A DNA stretch of 30,554 nucleotides from Candidatus Methylomirabilia bacterium (GTDB taxonomy: Bacteria > Methylomirabilota > Methylomirabilia > Rokubacteriales > CSP1-6), in contig JBHIBG010000029.1 in NCBI GenBank assembly GCA_046758965.1, positions 1-30,554 of the forward strand, read 5' to 3'. Both the position numbers and the translations under genes were made by a program. Numbering within the stretch: the stretch's first letter is position 1; each line of letters begins with the position of its first letter. The notes below the pieces were generated by a model. It ran no database searches, was not told where the DNA came from, and saw nothing but the letters and a program-made list of their open reading frames with translations. Positions 26,506 through 30,554 of this stretch are shown one piece after another.

Positions 26506-26934
26506 ATGGCGTTTCGAAAGATCCGAGAGACGGTCGAAGCCTTCAGGACAGCGCCGTTCACCCACGACGAGAAGCTCGACCAGTACGAGCAGGAACTCAG
26601 ATCCCGTTTCGAGAAGAAGGAGCCAGCTAATACCGCGATAAACATCGCTGTCCTCGTCGTGGTGGTCCTACCCTGTTCTTACCTCCTTGCCTTGTTGCTG
26701 AGTAAGGTATTTAGTTTGAGCACCGACGTGGGTGGGATCGTGACCTCGATGGTATTGACCTATTTACTGTTCGCCGCACACGGTCGCCTGTTCGACAAGC
26801 TTCAAGAAGTCATTCCCTTCTACAAATTGAATCCGTATTTCGGCTCCAAGCTGGAAGAGACCATCGCGGCGTTCCGCCGTGAACGGAAACCGAGTGAATC
26901 GAATAATCGTGCGCCAGCGTTGACTAAGAGCTAA
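26506..26934 (+). CDS. two-TM hypothetical membrane protein (cassette-like, lower GC)
   Basis: GAGGAGG RBS; two hydrophobic helices; divergent from intI. Confidence 0.75.
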   Translation: MAFRKIRETVEAFRTAPFTHDEKLDQYEQELRSRFEKKEPANTAINIAVLVVVVLPCSYLLALLLSKVFSLSTDVGGIVTSMVLTYLLFAAHGRLFDKLQEVIPFYKLNPYFGSKLEETIAAFRRERKPSESNNRAPALTKS

Positions 26935-27120
26935 ATGGCCCAGGATCCGATTCCGCGCCACGTCGCAGTAATGCGGATTATTGTGAGCCTGGTCCTTCTC
27001 CTCGCTGGAATCCTCATACTTACTGCCGCCAACTTCATGTTCGCTCATAGTTTCGATGAAGGAGTCCAGAAGATTGCGGCTGGCTGGATCGGAGCGATCA
27101 TCGGCTACTGGCTTGCCTAA
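26935..27120 (+). CDS. small two-TM hypothetical protein (cassette-like)
   Basis: TAAATG junction with the upstream gene; ends AAGWIGAIIGYWLA with the stop inside GCCTAA. Confidence 0.7.
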   Translation: MAQDPIPRHVAVMRIIVSLVLLLAGILILTAANFMFAHSFDEGVQKIAAGWIGAIIGYWLA

Positions 27121-27682
27121 ACACGCTCCGTTCTAGTTTCCTCCATAGCTCTGCCACGGCACATAATTGCTCTGTACCTCCTATTGCGCTGGCTAGGCCG
27201 ACCCTGCGGCCTTGCCCGCGACCCACGGAGCCGCGTGACTTTCACGTAGTCCGCACTCGGCGCTGCCGAGGTCTCCCAGACTGACGTGGCATAACCTTCC
27301 GGACGCCAAGCCTTCCAGGAGCTGTCGGAGCTGGCGCTGACACTCAAGGGGTGGATCTCGATGGATTCTACAATGCCGACACCGATATCGGGGCACTAAG
27401 CGAGGTCGGCGCGCTTGAGGTCGAGGGCTGGGCGGCTTCGCCGGCTGTTTGCGCGGATAGCTCCTCTCAGGTACCCTCACTCTGTGTCTCAGAGCATCCG
27501 CGAGTAACGCCTTCGTCCGTTCCGCCCTCTGGCTCGGCATTGCGCTCATCCTCGTCCTCCCCACTCTCAGCGCCGGCTGGACCGCGACCATCACCACCCT
27601 CTTTCTGACTGAGTTTCTCTCACGGGGGGACCTGCCCGCCCTCTCGGCGCTGACTCCTGCCCCGCTCATCGAACCCCTGGCC

Positions 27683-28612
27683 GTGGGAGCCGTCATGGCC
27701 GACCTCCGCCGGCCGGCGCTCCATTTCTCCACTCCGGCCCCGCTGGTGCTGGTGCACGGACTCACGCCCCAGGGAAAGGACGACCCGGAACTGCGCCGGG
27801 CGGCTCGCCTCCTGGCGCGCTCAGGCTTTGCCGTGGCTGTTCCAACCCTCCCCGAGCTCAGCAGGCTCAGGCTCCGCCCGGAGGATGCCGAACCGGTCGT
27901 GGAGACAGTCCGGGCGCTCCTGGCCCGCCTCGACAGAAGACAGGTCGCCCTCGTCGCCGTGAGCGTGGGGGCCGGGCCCGCGCTCCTGGCTGCTGCGGAC
28001 GCGCGGGTCGCCGACCGGGTGAGCGTCGTGGTAAGCCTGGGCGGCTACGCCTCTGCCGTGGAGCTCCTCCGCTACGCGCTGACCGGGGTGTACTCGTACG
28101 GCGCAGCGGCCGGGCGGCTCGAGCCCAATCCCGAAGGCGCGAGGATCTTCCTCCGCGCCAACCTGGATCTGATCTCAAATCCGCAAGACCGGGCTCGGCT
28201 GGCTGCGTGGCTGGACGCACCCGGCACGGCGAGACCGCAGGGGCTCTCACCCGAGGGTGAAACGATCGCGGAGCTCCTCGAGACCCGCGCCCCGGAGCGG
28301 GTCGATCCCCTGGTGCGCGCGCTTCCCTCGGAGCTTCAGTCGCTGCTGGAGACGCTCTCTCCCGAACGCGCTCTTCCCCGCCTCCGGGCCCGGCTCTCCC
28401 TCATCCACGGCGAAAGCGACCCGGCCGTTCCCTACACCGAGAGCCTGCGCCTGGCCGATGCCGCACGCGCGGCGGGGGTACGAACGCGCCTCACGGTCGT
28501 GGGTGTGGTGGAACACGTGGAGGCCAGCCCCGTCCGCCGCCTCTCGGCACGGCGGCTCCGGGAGTTGGCCGAGCTGTGGGCCGCGACCTTCGACCTGTTC
28601 AGCTCACCCTAG
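27683..28612 (+). CDS. alpha/beta hydrolase, probably with an N-terminal membrane anchor encoded further upstream
   Basis: LVHGLTPQG, nucleophile elbow AVSVG, IHGESDPAVP, VVEH; frame open back to 27461. Confidence 0.8.
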   Translation: MGAVMADLRRPALHFSTPAPLVLVHGLTPQGKDDPELRRAARLLARSGFAVAVPTLPELSRLRLRPEDAEPVVETVRALLARLDRRQVALVAVSVGAGPALLAAADARVADRVSVVVSLGGYASAVELLRYALTGVYSYGAAAGRLEPNPEGARIFLRANLDLISNPQDRARLAAWLDAPGTARPQGLSPEGETIAELLETRAPERVDPLVRALPSELQSLLETLSPERALPRLRARLSLIHGESDPAVPYTESLRLADAARAAGVRTRLTVVGVVEHVEASPVRRLSARRLRELAELWAATFDLFSSP

Positions 28613-30464
28613 CCCGACTTTCGCACTTTTCGAACAGGGAGGTTCATTTTTGCGTCCTGAGGTGTCCTCGTCCTACATAGTTGAAGAAAGGGTGGGCATC
28701 CAGCGGGCGAGCTTAAACGTTGTGACGGCTTTGCGTTGCGCCGCGGAGAGCTCCGGGGGAATCATGATCGTGGGGCGACGCCCCTGATGGCCCGTGCTCG
28801 TACGCGCCAGGGTGGCCTTGATGTCGGCCAGCTCCGTCATCATTGCGCGGGCCGACTGTTGCGTCCCGAGCGCCAGCTTGGCCAGGGCGATGAGCATGAG
28901 GCCAAGCACGGTGGCGAAGGTGTGCAAGCGCAGCGAGGGGTCCGCCCACTGATAGGACGGTCCCCAAGGCACCAGCCCCCCCTTCTTCGCGCGGCGGAAC
29001 AGCTCTTCCACATTCCATTGGCCGCGAAACGCGGTGACGATCCGCTCGGTACTCCAGAACTGGTGGTCGGTGCACAGGACCCGCCGGCCCAGCCGGGTGC
29101 GCTCCAGCGTCCGGCGTCGGGCCGCGTCGACCCGCCACGTGAGCCGGGGCCGCTTCGGGCTGCCCCTGATGGTGACCCGGACGAACGCCGCCAGGTGCTC
29201 CCGCGCGAGGATCTTCTGAACGCGTGTCGTCAAGACATCGCGCGTGATGCGCTGCGCCTCGGCGCGCCGGCGGAGCGTGCGCAACTCGACCTGGGCCTGG
29301 CGCAACGCCACCGCGATCCCCCGCTTCTGCCCGCGGAGGAGTTCCTGGCTCTCGACCACCACCAGCGTCCGGTCCAGCTTCCCCACCCGCGCCTCGAGGC
29401 GCGCGGCGCGGACGTCTTTGAGGCGCCCCCGCAGCGGCTTCATCCGTCCGCGTCCCGCGGCGTACGCCAGGGCCTGCTCGGCGGCCGTGTGGGACAGGGG
29501 CAGCGAGATCAACGAGTGATACCCGGCGACGTCGAGGTCGAGCTCGAGTTGCTCGCTCCAGAAGCCGCCGTCCCGGACCACGGTGCGCTGAGCCTGACCC
29601 GTGCGGCGCTCTCCGTCGTCCAACGCCTGATGCAGCCGCCCGAGACCCTCCAGGCACGAGGCCAGCACCGCCTGATCCGAGCTATTGCCCGGATACGTCC
29701 GGTGCAGCCAGGGGACGTGGCCGGTCTCGCTGACCAGCACGCCCAGGCCCACGACGCGCAGATCGCGACGCTTACTCTTGGCGTGGCCCCGGCGGGCCAG
29801 TTCGCCGGGCGTCGTCGTGGCAATGTGCGTGTCGAAGTTCGTCGAGTCGAACGCCAGCACGTCCGTCGACACGGCGAACCGGGCCACGGCCGCCCGCGCG
29901 ATGGCGATCTGGGCCTGCTCCAGCTGCGCCGCCGTGAGGCTGGCGGCCACCCGATAGAAGGCGTGCCCCGAGAATCGCTCGGCCGGCAGACACGCCACCC
30001 GGGGCACGCTCTCGGCCAAGAACGTCGCGAGCGCCCGCTTCGAGCCGGGCGCGCAGGCGCGTTGCACGGCCACCGCCAGGATCAACTCGCCGGCCGAGGG
30101 GCCCGACCGCCCGGGGCCCGCCGCGAGGGCCTCATTGAGGTGCCGCACGACGTTGAGCTGCTCGGCGACCCAGCCCAGCGCTCCGACGTCGCCCACCCGC
30201 CGCGTCCCAATGGTGCGCGTCCGCGCCAGGTCGGCCACCGGCGCGGGATCGGCGGGTCCGAGCAGCACCTGACGGGAGACCGGTTGTTTCGTCCGCGGAT
30301 CCCACACGGACTCGGCCGCCACACGGTACTTCCGCCCATCCACGTGGCGCTCGAAAACGAACATATTTCTTCAACTAGCATGAACCCATCACCTTGGCAA
30401 GCTTTTTCGCTCGGCAACATGGCACAGTCCCGACCGTGGGCATGAGAATTCTGCGAAAGTCGGG
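28613..30464 (-). mobile_element. IS1634-family insertion sequence, 1852 bp
   Basis: 13-bp perfect TIR CCCGACTTTCGCA (28613-28625, 30452-30464) flanked by CTAG on both sides (28609-28612, 30465-30468). Confidence 0.9.
28673..30364 (-). CDS. IS1634-family DDE transposase
   Basis: AFDSTNF, RGHAKSKRRDL, YPGN..D, VRDGG, QWNVEELFRRAK; 563 aa uninterrupted. Confidence 0.88.
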   Translation of the reverse strand: MFVFERHVDGRKYRVAAESVWDPRTKQPVSRQVLLGPADPAPVADLARTRTIGTRRVGDVGALGWVAEQLNVVRHLNEALAAGPGRSGPSAGELILAVAVQRACAPGSKRALATFLAESVPRVACLPAERFSGHAFYRVAASLTAAQLEQAQIAIARAAVARFAVSTDVLAFDSTNFDTHIATTTPGELARRGHAKSKRRDLRVVGLGVLVSETGHVPWLHRTYPGNSSDQAVLASCLEGLGRLHQALDDGERRTGQAQRTVVRDGGFWSEQLELDLDVAGYHSLISLPLSHTAAEQALAYAAGRGRMKPLRGRLKDVRAARLEARVGKLDRTLVVVESQELLRGQKRGIAVALRQAQVELRTLRRRAEAQRITRDVLTTRVQKILAREHLAAFVRVTIRGSPKRPRLTWRVDAARRRTLERTRLGRRVLCTDHQFWSTERIVTAFRGQWNVEELFRRAKKGGLVPWGPSYQWADPSLRLHTFATVLGLMLIALAKLALGTQQSARAMMTELADIKATLARTSTGHQGRRPTIMIPPELSAAQRKAVTTFKLARWMPTLSSTM

Positions 30465-30554
30465 CTAGGCGGCGTGTCAAGGCCTAAATCTGTCGCGCTT
30501 TTAGAAGTGCACTCCAGAGATATTTAACGTAATCTACGGCATCCCCGAGGGGCC

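Noticed and set aside
27157..27172. Sigma54 promoter CGGCACATAATTGCT
   Set aside because: GG-to-GC spacing is 9 rather than the required 10.
27115..27198. Degenerate attC after the last cassette-like gene (GCCTAAA...GCTAGGC)
   Set aside because: The outer boxes are roughly complementary, but L''/L' do not pair and both AAC and GTT triplets are broken.
28736..30445. 569-aa plus-strand ORF, and similar long antisense ORFs such as 334-1113, 3349-4323, 12968-14020 and 16955-18052
   Set aside because: Shadow frames of real high-GC genes; no motifs or RBS.

Overview
High-GC bacterial chromosomal window; the gene style resembles Methylomirabilota/Rokubacteria (inference only). The left two thirds (1-20.9 kb) is metabolic. 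It holds a GNAT, two lipoproteins, a SAM methyltransferase, and a three-gene operon encoding a split B12-dependent acyl-CoA mutase with a heavily altered active site plus a phytoene-desaturase-like FAD oxidoreductase. It also holds an F420-type nitroreductase, thrC, an MFS transporter, a GYD gene behind a CRP-type box, a four-gene acyl-CoA operon (double MaoC dehydratase, fused double class III CoA-transferase, split ADP-forming acyl-CoA ligase) and a fabG/lpxL-like/pmtA-like lipid cluster. The right third (20.95-27.1 kb) is a decayed accessory island. It contains a phage-satellite-like remnant (integrase fragment, broken primase, symmetric palindromic origin-like array), a DUF433 antitoxin with a gutted toxin, a phased 11-mer repeat array next to a sigma54 promoter, and an internally deleted integron integrase. 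That integrase has cassette-like genes on its 5' side and, unusually, a second attI-like site, higBA and a perfect attC on its 3' side. The window ends with an alpha/beta hydrolase whose stop codon is the CTAG target of an intact IS1634-family element. No rRNA, tRNA or CRISPR array was seen. All family assignments are motif recognition by eye, not database searches.
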